In this document: piece after piece, positions 8,969-18,864 of the stretch
Numbering within the stretch: position 1 is the stretch's first letter
Layout: every line of letters begins with the position of its first letter
From: Candidatus Microgenomatus sp.
GTDB lineage: Bacteria > Patescibacteriota > Microgenomatia > UBA8517
NCBI GenBank assembly: GCA_020724585.1
Contig: DYGS01000001.1
Location: 219,139 to 283,138 of the forward strand
DNA length: 64,000 nt
Reading direction: 5' to 3'
The notes under the pieces: generated by a model
The model's database searches: none
Seen by the model: only the letters and a program-made list of their open reading frames with translations
What the model was told of the DNA's origin: nothing
Made by a program: the position numbers and the translations under genes

Positions 8969-11611
8969 ATGTTTAAATTTTTAAATAAAATATTTGATTT
9001 AAATCAAAAAGAATTAAATCGTCTTGTCCAAATTGTTGAAAAGATAAATAGTCTTGACGGTAAATATAAAACGAGAAATATCAGTGAATTTAAGAAAAAA
9101 ACTGAGGATTTTAAAAAAAGAATTAAAAACGGAGAAGATTTAACTTCCCTAATTCCTGAAACATATGCCCTAGCAAGAGAAGCATCTTATAGAGTTTTGG
9201 GACAGAGACACTACGATGTCCAGTTAATGGCTGCAATTGCTCTTTTTGAAGGTAAAATTATTGAGCAAAAAACAGGAGAGGGAAAAACATTGTCTGCTGT
9301 GCCGGCGCTTTATCTTAGATCGTTAACAGGAAAAGGAGCGCACCTTGTAACTGTCAATGATTTTTTAGCAAGATTGGGTGCGGGTTGGAATGGACCTATT
9401 TTTGAAGCTCTTGGTATAAGCGCTGGTGTCGTTATTCAGGAAGGCAAATCATATATCTATGATCCAAAATACAGTGATACAAGCCATGGTGACCCAAGGC
9501 TATCACATCTCAGGCCTGTTGATAGAAAAGAGGCTTATGCCTGCGACATCACCTACGGTACAAACAATGAGTTTGGTTTTGATTATTTGCGGGATAACAT
9601 GGTTTCATCGCTTGATGAAATGGTTCAGAGAGGTCATTATTTTGCAATAGTTGACGAAGTTGACTCTATTCTAATTGATGAGGCCAGGACTCCTCTTATA
9701 ATATCAGCTCCAGATACTGATCCGACCGATAAATACTATAAATTTGCCAAAATTGCGGCTAATTTACAGCAGGATACAGATTTTAAAGTTGATGAAAAAG
9801 CCAAAAGCGCTTCCTTGACTGAAACGGGTATAAGTAAAGTGGAAAAGATATTAGGCGTTGATAATTTATATGAAAAAGATTTTGACTCAATTAGGCATAT
9901 TGAAAACGCTCTTCGGGCAAAGTCGCTTTACTTAAAAGATCGGGATTATGTGATTAAAGATGGCGAAGTTGTCATCGTTGATGAATTTACAGGGAGGCTT
10001 ATGGTTGGCAGGCGGTGGAGCGACGGACTTCATCAAGCTGTTGAGGCTAAAGAAGGTGTGGTTATAAAACAAGAAAGCAAGACTTTGGCAACAATCTCGT
10101 TTCAGAACTATTTTAGGATGTATCAACATTTATCGGGTATGACTGGAACGGCAGTAACTGAAGCTGAAGAATTTAAAAAAATATATAAGCTTGATGTTGT
10201 TGCAATTCCAACTCATAGAGAAAATGTAAGAATTGACCATGGAGATGTAATCTACAAGACACTATCTGCCAAGTACAGAGCAATTGCAAATGAAGTAGAA
10301 GAAAAATATAAAAATGGCCAGCCCGTCTTGGTTGGAACAACCTCGATTGAAAAAAATGAAATTATAAGTGAGTTATTAAAAAGAAAAAAAATTCCACACA
10401 ATGTTTTAAATGCCAAAAATCATGAAAAAGAGGCTGAAATTATTGCCAATGCAGGTAAACTCAAAGCAGTAACGGTTGCAACCAATATGGCAGGTCGAGG
10501 AGTAGATATTATATTGGGCGGAGCAAGGCCTGAGACAAAATCAAAATATGAACTTAAAAAATGGGAGGAAAATCACCGCGAAGTTGTTGAGGTTGGGGGG
10601 CTTCATGTAATAGGAACAGAAAGGCATGAATCAAGAAGAATAGATAACCAATTAAGAGGTCGAGCGGGAAGGCAGGGTGATCCGGGTTCTTCTAAGTTTT
10701 ATCTGTCTTTAGAGGATGATTTAATGCGCATTTTTGGCGGTGAGCAAATAAAATCCTTAATGGATAGACTTTCTATTCCTGATGATCAGCCTATTGAAAA
10801 CTCATTGGTAAGTCGTGCTATTGAACAGTCTCAAGTTAAAGTTGAGGGTTTCCATTTTGATACAAGAAAAAGATTGGTTGAATTTGATGATGTTGCCAAT
10901 CAACAAAGAGATGTTGTTTATAAGCTCAGACGAAAAGTTTTAGAGAGTGAAATTGTCAAAGACGAAATTTTGGAAAAGCTTGGAATATATGCTGGCGCGA
11001 TTTCTGCGAATGAACTAGGGGAAGTTGATTATGAAGCAGTTACGGCAAAATTTTTGGAAGCAGTTCCCTTTGATCCCGATTCAATTAAGAAATTTAAATC
11101 GGAACTTAAAAAAAGAAAAACGAGCCAAGAAGTTGAGGAATTTTTGGAAGGTGTATTTAAAGATGTTCATAAATTAAGAGAGGTTGAAGTTGGTTCACAG
11201 ACTATGCGTCAAATTGAAAAATTTGCTTATCTTGGGGCAATCGACCATCATTTTATAAACCATATTGACGCGATTGATGACCTTCGGGGTGCAATAAGTC
11301 TTCGTGCATATGGACAAAGAGATCCTTTGGTTGAATTTAAACAAGAAGCATATCAGATGTTTGAAGATTTATTAAAACGAATTGATGAGGAAGTTGTAAA
11401 AAGGATATTCAGGATTGGAGTTGCCCAAAAACCCCAAGAAATACCCACTAATTTAATGAGAGAAAACATTGATATAAATGATGGAACAGGACTTGTTTCA
11501 AATCCTAAATCCGAGATCTTAAATCTAAAATCTAAGTTGGGACGCAACGACCCTTGTTGGTGCGGGTCGGGCAAAAAATGGAAAAAATGTCATTATCCTC
11601 AAGAAGGATAA
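8969..11611 (+). CDS. secA: Preprotein translocase subunit SecA
   Basis: 'KTGEGKT', 'DEVDSILIDEARTPLIIS', 'ATNMAGRG', 'QLRGRAGRQGDPG', C-terminal SEC-C 'GRNDPCWCGSGKKWKKCH'. Confidence 0.98.
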   Translation: MFKFLNKIFDLNQKELNRLVQIVEKINSLDGKYKTRNISEFKKKTEDFKKRIKNGEDLTSLIPETYALAREASYRVLGQRHYDVQLMAAIALFEGKIIEQKTGEGKTLSAVPALYLRSLTGKGAHLVTVNDFLARLGAGWNGPIFEALGISAGVVIQEGKSYIYDPKYSDTSHGDPRLSHLRPVDRKEAYACDITYGTNNEFGFDYLRDNMVSSLDEMVQRGHYFAIVDEVDSILIDEARTPLIISAPDTDPTDKYYKFAKIAANLQQDTDFKVDEKAKSASLTETGISKVEKILGVDNLYEKDFDSIRHIENALRAKSLYLKDRDYVIKDGEVVIVDEFTGRLMVGRRWSDGLHQAVEAKEGVVIKQESKTLATISFQNYFRMYQHLSGMTGTAVTEAEEFKKIYKLDVVAIPTHRENVRIDHGDVIYKTLSAKYRAIANEVEEKYKNGQPVLVGTTSIEKNEIISELLKRKKIPHNVLNAKNHEKEAEIIANAGKLKAVTVATNMAGRGVDIILGGARPETKSKYELKKWEENHREVVEVGGLHVIGTERHESRRIDNQLRGRAGRQGDPGSSKFYLSLEDDLMRIFGGEQIKSLMDRLSIPDDQPIENSLVSRAIEQSQVKVEGFHFDTRKRLVEFDDVANQQRDVVYKLRRKVLESEIVKDEILEKLGIYAGAISANELGEVDYEAVTAKFLEAVPFDPDSIKKFKSELKKRKTSQEVEEFLEGVFKDVHKLREVEVGSQTMRQIEKFAYLGAIDHHFINHIDAIDDLRGAISLRAYGQRDPLVEFKQEAYQMFEDLLKRIDEEVVKRIFRIGVAQKPQEIPTNLMRENIDINDGTGLVSNPKSEILNLKSKLGRNDPCWCGSGKKWKKCHYPQEG
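11500..11534 (+). repeat. Degenerate 7-bp tandem array in the secA C-terminal linker
   Basis: aaatcct aaatccg agatctt aaatcta aaatcta. Confidence 0.65.
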
Positions 11612-11634
11612 TATAGTGTATACTTAGACAGTAT

Positions 11635-12111
11635 ATGCAGGAAGGCGATAGCATTATAAAATCGTTTTTGGGGTATTTAGTAGTTGTGGGTGTTGTAACT
11701 GTTGGAATCGTTTATCTTTTGAATTATACAAAAGATCCAGTTGTTAACAATCAGACAGTAGTAGAAAATAGTAATAACAAAATGAATGAAGAATTAAAAA
11801 TTGAGGATTTAGTTGTTGGAACGGGCGAAGAAGCAGTTTCTGGTAGGCTGATATCTGTGCATTACACAGGAACACTTGCTGATGGAACAAAGTTTGATTC
11901 TTCGAAAGATCGTGGGACACCTTTTGAGTTTACTTTGGGGGCTGGGGAAGTAATTCAAGGTTGGGATCAGGGATTTAACGGAATGAAAGTCGGAGGAAAG
12001 AGAAGATTAACAATACCTCCTTCTCTTGGATATGGGGAGGCTGGAGCGGGGGATGTTATTCCCCCAAATGCCACGCTTATTTTTGAGGTAGAACTTCTTG
12101 CTGTGAAATAA
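11635..12111 (+). CDS. FKBP-type peptidyl-prolyl isomerase with N-terminal TM anchor
   Basis: 'VHYTGTL', 'FDSS', 'VIQGWDQG', 'IPPSLGYG', '[14 protein letters not shown]'. Confidence 0.95.
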   Translation: MQEGDSIIKSFLGYLVVVGVVTVGIVYLLNYTKDPVVNNQTVVENSNNKMNEELKIEDLVVGTGEEAVSGRLISVHYTGTLADGTKFDSSKDRGTPFEFTLGAGEVIQGWDQGFNGMKVGGKRRLTIPPSLGYGEAGAGDVIPPNATLIFEVELLAVK

Positions 12112-12138
12112 TTTGCGATTTTGTGATAGTATTTATTT

Positions 12139-12762
12139 ATGCCCGAAGACGGTAAACTAAAAAAGAAGAAAGTTTTGGTTGTTGAAGAAGTTGCCGATGC
12201 AACCAAAGAGGTGGAAGACAAAAAATCAGTTGATGATACTAAATCAGAAGCTCCCCAGGAAATTGAACCTGTCATCGAAGAGTCTCAGGAAAAGCCAAAT
12301 TATCTTTGGATAATTATTCCAACAACACTTTTGGTTGGTGCGTTAGTTGGAGGGTTTATTACTTATTTTTCAGGAATTGCAAGTTTGAGCCAAACTCAAG
12401 TCACCCCAGTTCCTACAGTTGAACCCGTTGTCGAAACTCCAACCCCAAAAGCGTCTACAACACCTTCATCAGCTATTAAAAAAGAGGATTTAAAAATACA
12501 AGTTTTGAATGGCAGTGGAGTGCCGGGAGCGGCGGGTGAAGCGAAGGCATTTCTTGAGGGCTTAGGCTACAAAAATATTGAGGTGGGAAATGCTCAGTCT
12601 TCTAATTTTGAAACCACCGAGGTTTCAATTAAAGAGGTAAAGAAAGATTATTTGGATGTGTTAGTTAAGGATTTATCTGAGGAATATGAAGTCAATAAAA
12701 AGACAGGGACGGTTCCTGCTTCAGGCAAGTTTGATATAATAATTACTCTTGGTAAAAAATGA
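12139..12762 (+). CDS. Membrane-anchored LytR C-terminal-domain protein
   Basis: TM, PT-rich linker, 'IQVLNGSGVPGAAGEAKAFLEGLGY...VGNA', 'DIIITLG'. Confidence 0.85.
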   Translation: MPEDGKLKKKKVLVVEEVADATKEVEDKKSVDDTKSEAPQEIEPVIEESQEKPNYLWIIIPTTLLVGALVGGFITYFSGIASLSQTQVTPVPTVEPVVETPTPKASTTPSSAIKKEDLKIQVLNGSGVPGAAGEAKAFLEGLGYKNIEVGNAQSSNFETTEVSIKEVKKDYLDVLVKDLSEEYEVNKKTGTVPASGKFDIIITLGKK

Positions 12763-13856
12763 TTTCTCCTAAATTTTTCCGATCCAGCACAGGTGAGATA
12801 CCTTTGCCTGTATTTTTTCCTGATGCAACAAGGGCTGTTGTAAAGTTGCTTGATACAAAAGACCTTGAATCAACAAAAACCAACGGACTCTTGATAAATA
12901 CATATCATTTATATAAGGAATTAGGGTTACCCTTTATTAAAAAACTGGGTGGAATTAGGAAGTTTATGGGCTGGGATGGCGCTCTAATTTCTGATTCCGG
13001 CGGCTTTCAGGTTGGAAGTTTAATCAAGAAGCATGGTACAAGGCTTGGAAAAGTAACTGATGACGGAGCAATGTTTAGGCTTGATGGCAAGAAGATTTTA
13101 TTAACTCCCGAACTTTCAATTCAAATACAAATGGAATTAGGCGTCGATATGGTTGTGGTATTGGATGATTTTACGGATCCGTTAGTCCCGCGTCAAAACG
13201 CAAAGGAAAGTGTTAATAGGACTATAAATTGGGCACATAGATCAAAAATTGAATTTGAGAAAATCAATAGAAAAAGTATGAGAAATAGTCGAAGACCTTA
13301 TTTGTTGGGTATTGTTCAGGGAGGTTACTATCAAGATTTGAGAAAGCACTGTATTGAAGAGTTGCTGAAAATAGGTTTTGACGGTTTGGGTTATGGAGGT
13401 TGGCCATTAAAGCAAAACATGACTTTTGACTACGAAAGTGCAAAAACTATTTCAGAAAATACCCCCAGTAATTATTTATTATACGGTTTAGGCGTCGGTA
13501 AACCATGTGAGATAGTCAATTTGTATAAATTGGGATATACGATTTTTGATTGCGTTTTGCCAACAAGGGATGCAAGACATGGCAGGCTTTATGTCTATAA
13601 GGCCGATTCAATTGAAGAAATTGATATATCAAAAAATGATTTTTACGAATTCTATTACCCCACAAAGTCAAAACACCAAGATGATTTTTCTCCAGTAAGT
13701 ATGGCCTGTGATTGTCTGACATGTAAAAACTACTCGCGAAGTTACTTGCGGCATCTTTTTAAAATTAAAGACGCAACTGCAGGGAGGCTTGCAACAATCC
13801 ATAATCTTCGTTTTTATTCGATTTTGATGGAGAAACTAAGTCTTTTTAATATTTGA
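12759..13856 (+). CDS. tgt: tRNA-guanine transglycosylase family protein
   Basis: 'NTYHL', 'DSGGFQV', 'GIVQGG', 'FDCVLPTRDARHG', Zn site CDCLTC...H, 'YLRHL'. Confidence 0.9.
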   Translation: MISPKFFRSSTGEIPLPVFFPDATRAVVKLLDTKDLESTKTNGLLINTYHLYKELGLPFIKKLGGIRKFMGWDGALISDSGGFQVGSLIKKHGTRLGKVTDDGAMFRLDGKKILLTPELSIQIQMELGVDMVVVLDDFTDPLVPRQNAKESVNRTINWAHRSKIEFEKINRKSMRNSRRPYLLGIVQGGYYQDLRKHCIEELLKIGFDGLGYGGWPLKQNMTFDYESAKTISENTPSNYLLYGLGVGKPCEIVNLYKLGYTIFDCVLPTRDARHGRLYVYKADSIEEIDISKNDFYEFYYPTKSKHQDDFSPVSMACDCLTCKNYSRSYLRHLFKIKDATAGRLATIHNLRFYSILMEKLSLFNI

Positions 13857-13887
13857 CACTTGATACTTGACACTTGATACTTGTTAT
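13853..13887 (+). repeat. 7-bp tandem array forming the -35 of the next promoter
   Basis: ttgacac ttgatac ttgacac ttgatac ttgttat; TTGACA at 13867 is 18 bp from TATACT at 13891. Confidence 0.8.
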
Positions 13888-13907
13888 ATGTATACTCGGC
13901 CGACAGT

Positions 13908-14552
13908 ATGGAAGAGGCACAAACACAAGATCAAATAGCAAAAGAGGGCCCAATGCCCGTTTCCTCATTTTCTCCAACAGTAAGATCGCAATCTAGTGGA
14001 ACAAAGTGGCTTGTGATTTTTATAATCCTTTTAGTTTTGGGTGGTGCTGGGGTTTTCTTCTTTACAAAGTCGAGTTCAATGCCGATTGCCACGCCAACTC
14101 CATCTTTTGGTGTTGTTCCAATTGAGGATAATGCTGAAATAGAGCCAACCCAGACACCAACTTCATCTCCTGCGGCTGTTGATAAGGAAGATGTTTCAAT
14201 TGAAGTCCAAAACGGAACAGGGATAACTGGAGAGGCTGCGTTTTTGCAGGGAAAGTTAAAGACTTTAGGCTATAGCGATATTAAAGTCGGAAATGCTCCA
14301 ACAACTGATAACACAGAGACAACTGTAACATTTTCTAAATCCTTATCTTCTACTGTCCAAGCCGAAATTAAGAAAGAGCTTGAGTCAATCTACAAAACTG
14401 TTAATGTCAAAACTTCTTCAACTCAAACAACTGATGTTGTTATCGTAACGGGCTTGAGAGGTTCACAAACTGCAAAGCCAACAACTTCGTCAACATCAAG
14501 TCCAAAACCAACATCAACAAGTTCTGCTTCACCCACAGCTTCGCCTAATTAA
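13908..14552 (+). CDS. Membrane-anchored LytR C-terminal-domain protein (paralog of 12139)
   Basis: TM, PT linker, 'IEVQNGTGITGEAAFLQGKLKTLGY...VGNA', S/T/P-rich tail. Confidence 0.85.
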   Translation: MEEAQTQDQIAKEGPMPVSSFSPTVRSQSSGTKWLVIFIILLVLGGAGVFFFTKSSSMPIATPTPSFGVVPIEDNAEIEPTQTPTSSPAAVDKEDVSIEVQNGTGITGEAAFLQGKLKTLGYSDIKVGNAPTTDNTETTVTFSKSLSSTVQAEIKKELESIYKTVNVKTSSTQTTDVVIVTGLRGSQTAKPTTSSTSSPKPTSTSSASPTASPN

Positions 14553-14600
14553 TTTTTTCGTTTCTGAAAAGGTATATAAGGTATATAATGTATATTAAAG

Positions 14601-15041
14601 ATGCAGAATTTTTTTGAGTTTTTTTCCAAAATAGATTTTGATTTGGGGCAAAATCAGACGAAAGCAATTTTAATAGCAGGATTGTTTTTTTTGGCGGTTG
14701 TTTTGTTTGCATATATCAGAAAGTATTTTGTCAAGTCAACACTTGATGGAGTGTTATTAGGAATTTTTTTTGGTTTTTTACTAACGCTTCTTTTGGAGGG
14801 GTTTTTGTTAATTGCGGGAAAAACCGCGGTAACTGAACTTTTGGGATGGGAAAAAGCGCCTAAACCCATTTCAACAGCTCTTGATTTAGGAAGAGAAAGA
14901 CTTAAAAATGTCCTGGGCGAAGAACGCGAAATTCCAATTTCCAATGCCAAGGATCCAGTTTATGAAGACGCAATATCGGTTTATCAAAGTCTTGACCCGC
15001 TTGAACAGCAAAAAGTGAAAAAGATAATTTGTGCTCCGTGA
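14601..15041 (+). CDS. Hypothetical membrane protein
   Basis: Two TM segments, 'NVLGE' motif. Confidence 0.75.
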   Translation: MQNFFEFFSKIDFDLGQNQTKAILIAGLFFLAVVLFAYIRKYFVKSTLDGVLLGIFFGFLLTLLLEGFLLIAGKTAVTELLGWEKAPKPISTALDLGRERLKNVLGEEREIPISNAKDPVYEDAISVYQSLDPLEQQKVKKIICAP

Positions 15042-15060
15042 TATACTAAAAAAATTTAAT

Positions 15061-16113
15061 ATGCCCAACCAAAATCTATCTATTGAAAGTTTAAATCTGC
15101 GCATGCAAAAGTTTTTAGAAGTTTTTAGTCTGTCCAAGAAGGAAGATGAACTAAAACAACTTGAAGCAGAGTCGTTAGAACCAAATCTTTGGAGTGATCA
15201 GGGCAGAGCAAGAAAACTTCTGCAAAACATCAGCAGTTTAAAATCAGAAATTGAGGAGGTTAAAGATATTATATCCACTCTCGAGATTTTAAATGAAGTT
15301 GAGGATGAGAAGGAGATGGCTAAGCTCGAAAAAGTTATTTCAAAATTAGAATTGAAGTCTTATTTATCGAGTCCATATGATATAAAAAATGCAGTTATTA
15401 CTCTTCATGCCGGCCAAGGTGGTACAGAAGCAATGGATTGGACATCTATGCTTTACAGAATGTATCTAAGGTATGCAGAAAATAAAGGTTTTTCGGTTGA
15501 AACAATTGACCAGACTTTCGGAGAAGAGGCGGGTATTAAAAGTATTACCTTTATTGTCAAAGGAAGGTATGCATATGGTTATCTTAAAAACGAAGCTGGA
15601 ACCCACAGATTGGTTAGACAATCTCCTTTTAACGCAAATAATTTAAGACAAACTTCTTTTTCTTTGGTTGAAGTTTTACCTGATCTTGAGGATATTGAAT
15701 TACCCGATATTGAAATTAAAGATGACGATCTTGATTGGCAGTTTACAAGAGCAGGTGGACATGGGGGGCAGAATGTCAATAAAGTTTCGACTGCCGTCAG
15801 GCTTACCCATATTCCAACCGGCATCGTTGTAACTGCAAGGACTGAAAGATTTCAAGAACAAAATAGAAAAATTGCCCTTGGCCTTCTTCGCGCCAAACTT
15901 TGGCTTCGACAAAAAGAAGTAGAGAAGAATCACATTAAAGATATAAAAGGAGAATACAGGCCGCCTTCTTGGGGAAATCAGATTAGAAGCTATGTCCTGC
16001 ATCCTTATAAAATGGTAAAGGATTTAAGAACAGGAGTGGAATCAGGCAATCCCGACTCTGTTCTTGATGGAAATTTAGATGAATTTGTTGCAGAAGAACT
16101 AAAATTGAAGTAG
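15061..16113 (+). CDS. prfB: Peptide chain release factor 2 (no programmed frameshift)
   Basis: SPF recognition motif 'RLVRQSPFNA', GGQ motif, 'WGNQIRSYVLHPY'. Confidence 0.96.
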   Translation: MPNQNLSIESLNLRMQKFLEVFSLSKKEDELKQLEAESLEPNLWSDQGRARKLLQNISSLKSEIEEVKDIISTLEILNEVEDEKEMAKLEKVISKLELKSYLSSPYDIKNAVITLHAGQGGTEAMDWTSMLYRMYLRYAENKGFSVETIDQTFGEEAGIKSITFIVKGRYAYGYLKNEAGTHRLVRQSPFNANNLRQTSFSLVEVLPDLEDIELPDIEIKDDDLDWQFTRAGGHGGQNVNKVSTAVRLTHIPTGIVVTARTERFQEQNRKIALGLLRAKLWLRQKEVEKNHIKDIKGEYRPPSWGNQIRSYVLHPYKMVKDLRTGVESGNPDSVLDGNLDEFVAEELKLK

Positions 16114-16132
16114 TATAAAATTGGTGACTTTT

Positions 16133-16768
16133 ATGGAGAATCAAGATCAAATACAACAGCCGCAAATGTTCCAGGAAAAGCCAAAACAAAATGGAAGCGG
16201 ATTTTTGGTTGGTTTGCTTTCAACTTTACTTCTTTTGGCCAGTATTATTGCAGGTTTTTTTGCATATCAAACACAAAAATTAGTTAGTGAGTTGAGAGTT
16301 ATGAGTGAAGAGTTAAAACAGGCCGCAAAAACTCCCGAACCAACAACCTCACCTCTTGCAACCCCTGACCCGACTGCAGATTGGAAAACCTACACAAATA
16401 CGAAATATGGTTATTCGTTTAAGTATTCGGGTGAATTTGAACTTAAAAATATTTCAGGTGAGTCCATAACTGTACCGCAAAATACAAGTGGCGTCTACTT
16501 AGTAAAAAAATCTTATCCTGATTATGCAAATCGTGTCCTTGAGGTGCAATATTTAGATATATTTGTACCACCCGTTGGTTGGACATCAGCCAATGTTGTT
16601 GTTGGTGGCCAAAATGCCAAAAGATATATGTTTGTTGGCGGGGATGCTACAATTAAGTTTGATATTTATCAGGTTCCTTTGACTTCTGGTGGAATTGAAA
16701 TCATGGTCAATAAGCAAATGTTGGAGGACATTGACCAAATTCTTTCCACCTTTAAATTTACAAATTAA
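16133..16768 (+). CDS. Membrane-anchored extracellular protein (PsbP-like C-terminal domain)
   Basis: TM, PT linker, 'WKTYTNTKYGYSFKY', 'DQILSTFKF'. Confidence 0.75.
   Translation: MENQDQIQQPQMFQEKPKQNGSGFLVGLLSTLLLLASIIAGFFAYQTQKLVSELRVMSEELKQAAKTPEPTTSPLATPDPTADWKTYTNTKYGYSFKYSGEFELKNISGESITVPQNTSGVYLVKKSYPDYANRVLEVQYLDIFVPPVGWTSANVVVGGQNAKRYMFVGGDATIKFDIYQVPLTSGGIEIMVNKQMLEDIDQILSTFKFTN
16289..16316 (+). repeat. Degenerate 7-bp tandem array within CDS
   Basis: gagttga gagttat gagtgaa gagttaa. Confidence 0.6.
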
Positions 16769-16813
16769 TCTCTCCCTTGTTTTTGGTTTGTCAGTTATGG
16801 TACTTTAATATGT

Positions 16814-17290
16814 ATGGAAAGTGTTTTAAATCCAGTTGATCCAAACAGCAGTCAACAATCAGTTGTCAGAAAGATTAAGGTAAAATCTGATTTATTAAAA
16901 AACAATTTGGTTTTAGCCGTAATATCTGTAATTGTTGTTTTAGCAGGAATTGGGACGGGCTACTATTTTTCTGGAGCCTATAAAAATCCAGACTATGGAG
17001 GCATAAATATATCTTCAGATTTAAAGACAGGTGAAAGCGAGGCTGGCATTGCCGATGAATCAACATTTCCCGACTCGACGGAGGGGATATTGGAAGAGGG
17101 AGGAATAAATGGCGAAGGAACCCATCATTTGGTTAGAGGTTCCGGTCCTGCACAGTATGCTTATCTTACATCAACTGTTATAAATCTTGATAATTTTGTT
17201 GGCAAAAAAGTTCAAGTTTGGGGCCAGACAATTGCTGGTAAGAAGGCGGGTTGGCTGATGGATGTAGGTAAAATCAAAGTTATAGAATGA
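16814..17290 (+). CDS. Hypothetical membrane-anchored protein
   Basis: Single TM then a beta-rich domain; ATGA overlap with ftsE. Confidence 0.75.
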   Translation: MESVLNPVDPNSSQQSVVRKIKVKSDLLKNNLVLAVISVIVVLAGIGTGYYFSGAYKNPDYGGINISSDLKTGESEAGIADESTFPDSTEGILEEGGINGEGTHHLVRGSGPAQYAYLTSTVINLDNFVGKKVQVWGQTIAGKKAGWLMDVGKIKVIE

Positions 17291-17940
17291 TCATTTTCAA
17301 AAATGTCTCCAAGTCTTTTGGTTTAATAAAAGCCTTAACCAATGTAAGTTTTGAGGTTAATAAAGGCGAGTTCGTCTATTTAACAGGACCTTCAGGTTCG
17401 GGCAAAACAACAATATTAAAAATAATACAAAGAGAGGTTTTGCCTGATTCAGGCCAGGTTCTATTTGATAATGTTGATATTACGCAAATTCCGCTTCACG
17501 ATATTCCAACACTTCGTCAAAATATGGGTGTGGTTTTCCAAGATTTTAAGGTTTTAATGGAGAGAACAGTTTCTGAAAATGTTTCAGTTGCTCTGGCTGT
17601 TTTAGAAGTTGATGAAGCCGAATGGGCTAAACGAGTAGAGCATGTTTTGAAGCTGGTTGGGCTTTTAAAACAGAAAAATATGTTTCCGAGCCAGCTTTCA
17701 GGAGGAGAACTGCAAAGGGTATCTTTGGCTCGTGCATTGGTTATAAATCCAAAAATAATCTTAGCCGACGAACCAACGGGTAATCTTGATTGGAAAACGG
17801 CTGACGGGATCATGGATTTGTTAGAAAAAATTAATAAAGAAGGTAAAACGATAATTATGGCCACTCACCATGCAGGGATTTTGAAGGAATACAAGCACAG
17901 AATTATACATATTGAAAATGGTAAAATAATCAAGAATTAG
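17287..17940 (+). CDS. ftsE: Cell division ATP-binding protein FtsE
   Basis: GPSGSGKTT, 'GVVFQDFK', LSGGE, 'ADEPTGNLD', 'MATH'; adjacent to ftsX. Confidence 0.93.
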   Translation: MIIFKNVSKSFGLIKALTNVSFEVNKGEFVYLTGPSGSGKTTILKIIQREVLPDSGQVLFDNVDITQIPLHDIPTLRQNMGVVFQDFKVLMERTVSENVSVALAVLEVDEAEWAKRVEHVLKLVGLLKQKNMFPSQLSGGELQRVSLARALVINPKIILADEPTGNLDWKTADGIMDLLEKINKEGKTIIMATHHAGILKEYKHRIIHIENGKIIKN

Positions 17941-17946
17941 AAAACT

Positions 17947-18864
17947 ATGAGTATTCATACAAAAACGGCAATTGAAGCAGTAAAAAGATCTCCCTTTCAA
18001 GCGTTTTCTGCAATTTTTGTAACAAGTCTAACTTTTTTTATTGCTTCATTTGTTGCAGTTTTGGTATATGCATCAAATCAGGCTTTAAATTTCTTTGAAA
18101 CAAGACCTCAGATAATCGCTTTTTTGAAAGATTCTGCAAAAGAAAGCGATATTTCAGGTTTGAAGTCAAAACTGGAGAGAGATATCCGAATCAGAGATTT
18201 AAAATTTGTCTCAAAAGAAGAGGCTCTAAATATCTATAAAGAAGCAACTGCTGATAATCCTTTGCTTTCGGAATTAGTCAATCCTTCAATTTTTCCCGCC
18301 TCTTTAGAATTTTCGGTTGTTGAACTAGATTTAGCATCGACTGTCATCGAAGAAGTTAAGAAGGAGCCTGCTGTAGACCAGGTTGGGTTTACTGCAAATT
18401 TGGGTAGTGAAAAGACTCTAAACGATGTCGTATCAAGACTTAAAATGGTTGCTAATTATTTAAGATATGGTGGATTGGCTTTTGTGCTAGTACTTGGAAT
18501 GGTCTCATTTGTGGTATTGACAGTAATTATTACCATGCGAATGATTGCTAGAAGAAATGAAGTGGAAATATTGTCTTTGATTGGGGCAAAGCCTAGCTTT
18601 ATTAGAAGCCCTATTATGTTTGAGGCAATAATTTATGTTGTTTCAGGCGTTTTTATAGGCTGGGTTTCAAGTTTTATAATTTGGCTTTATTTTGCTCCAA
18701 GCGCGATTAAATATTTCGGCCAGATTCCAATACTGCCTAAAGACCCAGTGATGTTTTTTGCAATGTTTTTGATAATTCTTCTGGGAGAGATCTTTTTGGG
18801 CCTCACAATGGCCTTTTTAGGCAGTTTGATCGCGGTTAATCGCGTGCTTAAAAAGTTAAAATGA
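17947..18864 (+). CDS. ftsX: Cell division permease FtsX
   Basis: TM, extracellular loop ('FVSKEEAL'), three TMs, 'RRNEVEILSLIGAKPSFIRSP'. Confidence 0.92.
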   Translation: MSIHTKTAIEAVKRSPFQAFSAIFVTSLTFFIASFVAVLVYASNQALNFFETRPQIIAFLKDSAKESDISGLKSKLERDIRIRDLKFVSKEEALNIYKEATADNPLLSELVNPSIFPASLEFSVVELDLASTVIEEVKKEPAVDQVGFTANLGSEKTLNDVVSRLKMVANYLRYGGLAFVLVLGMVSFVVLTVIITMRMIARRNEVEILSLIGAKPSFIRSPIMFEAIIYVVSGVFIGWVSSFIIWLYFAPSAIKYFGQIPILPKDPVMFFAMFLIILLGEIFLGLTMAFLGSLIAVNRVLKKLK

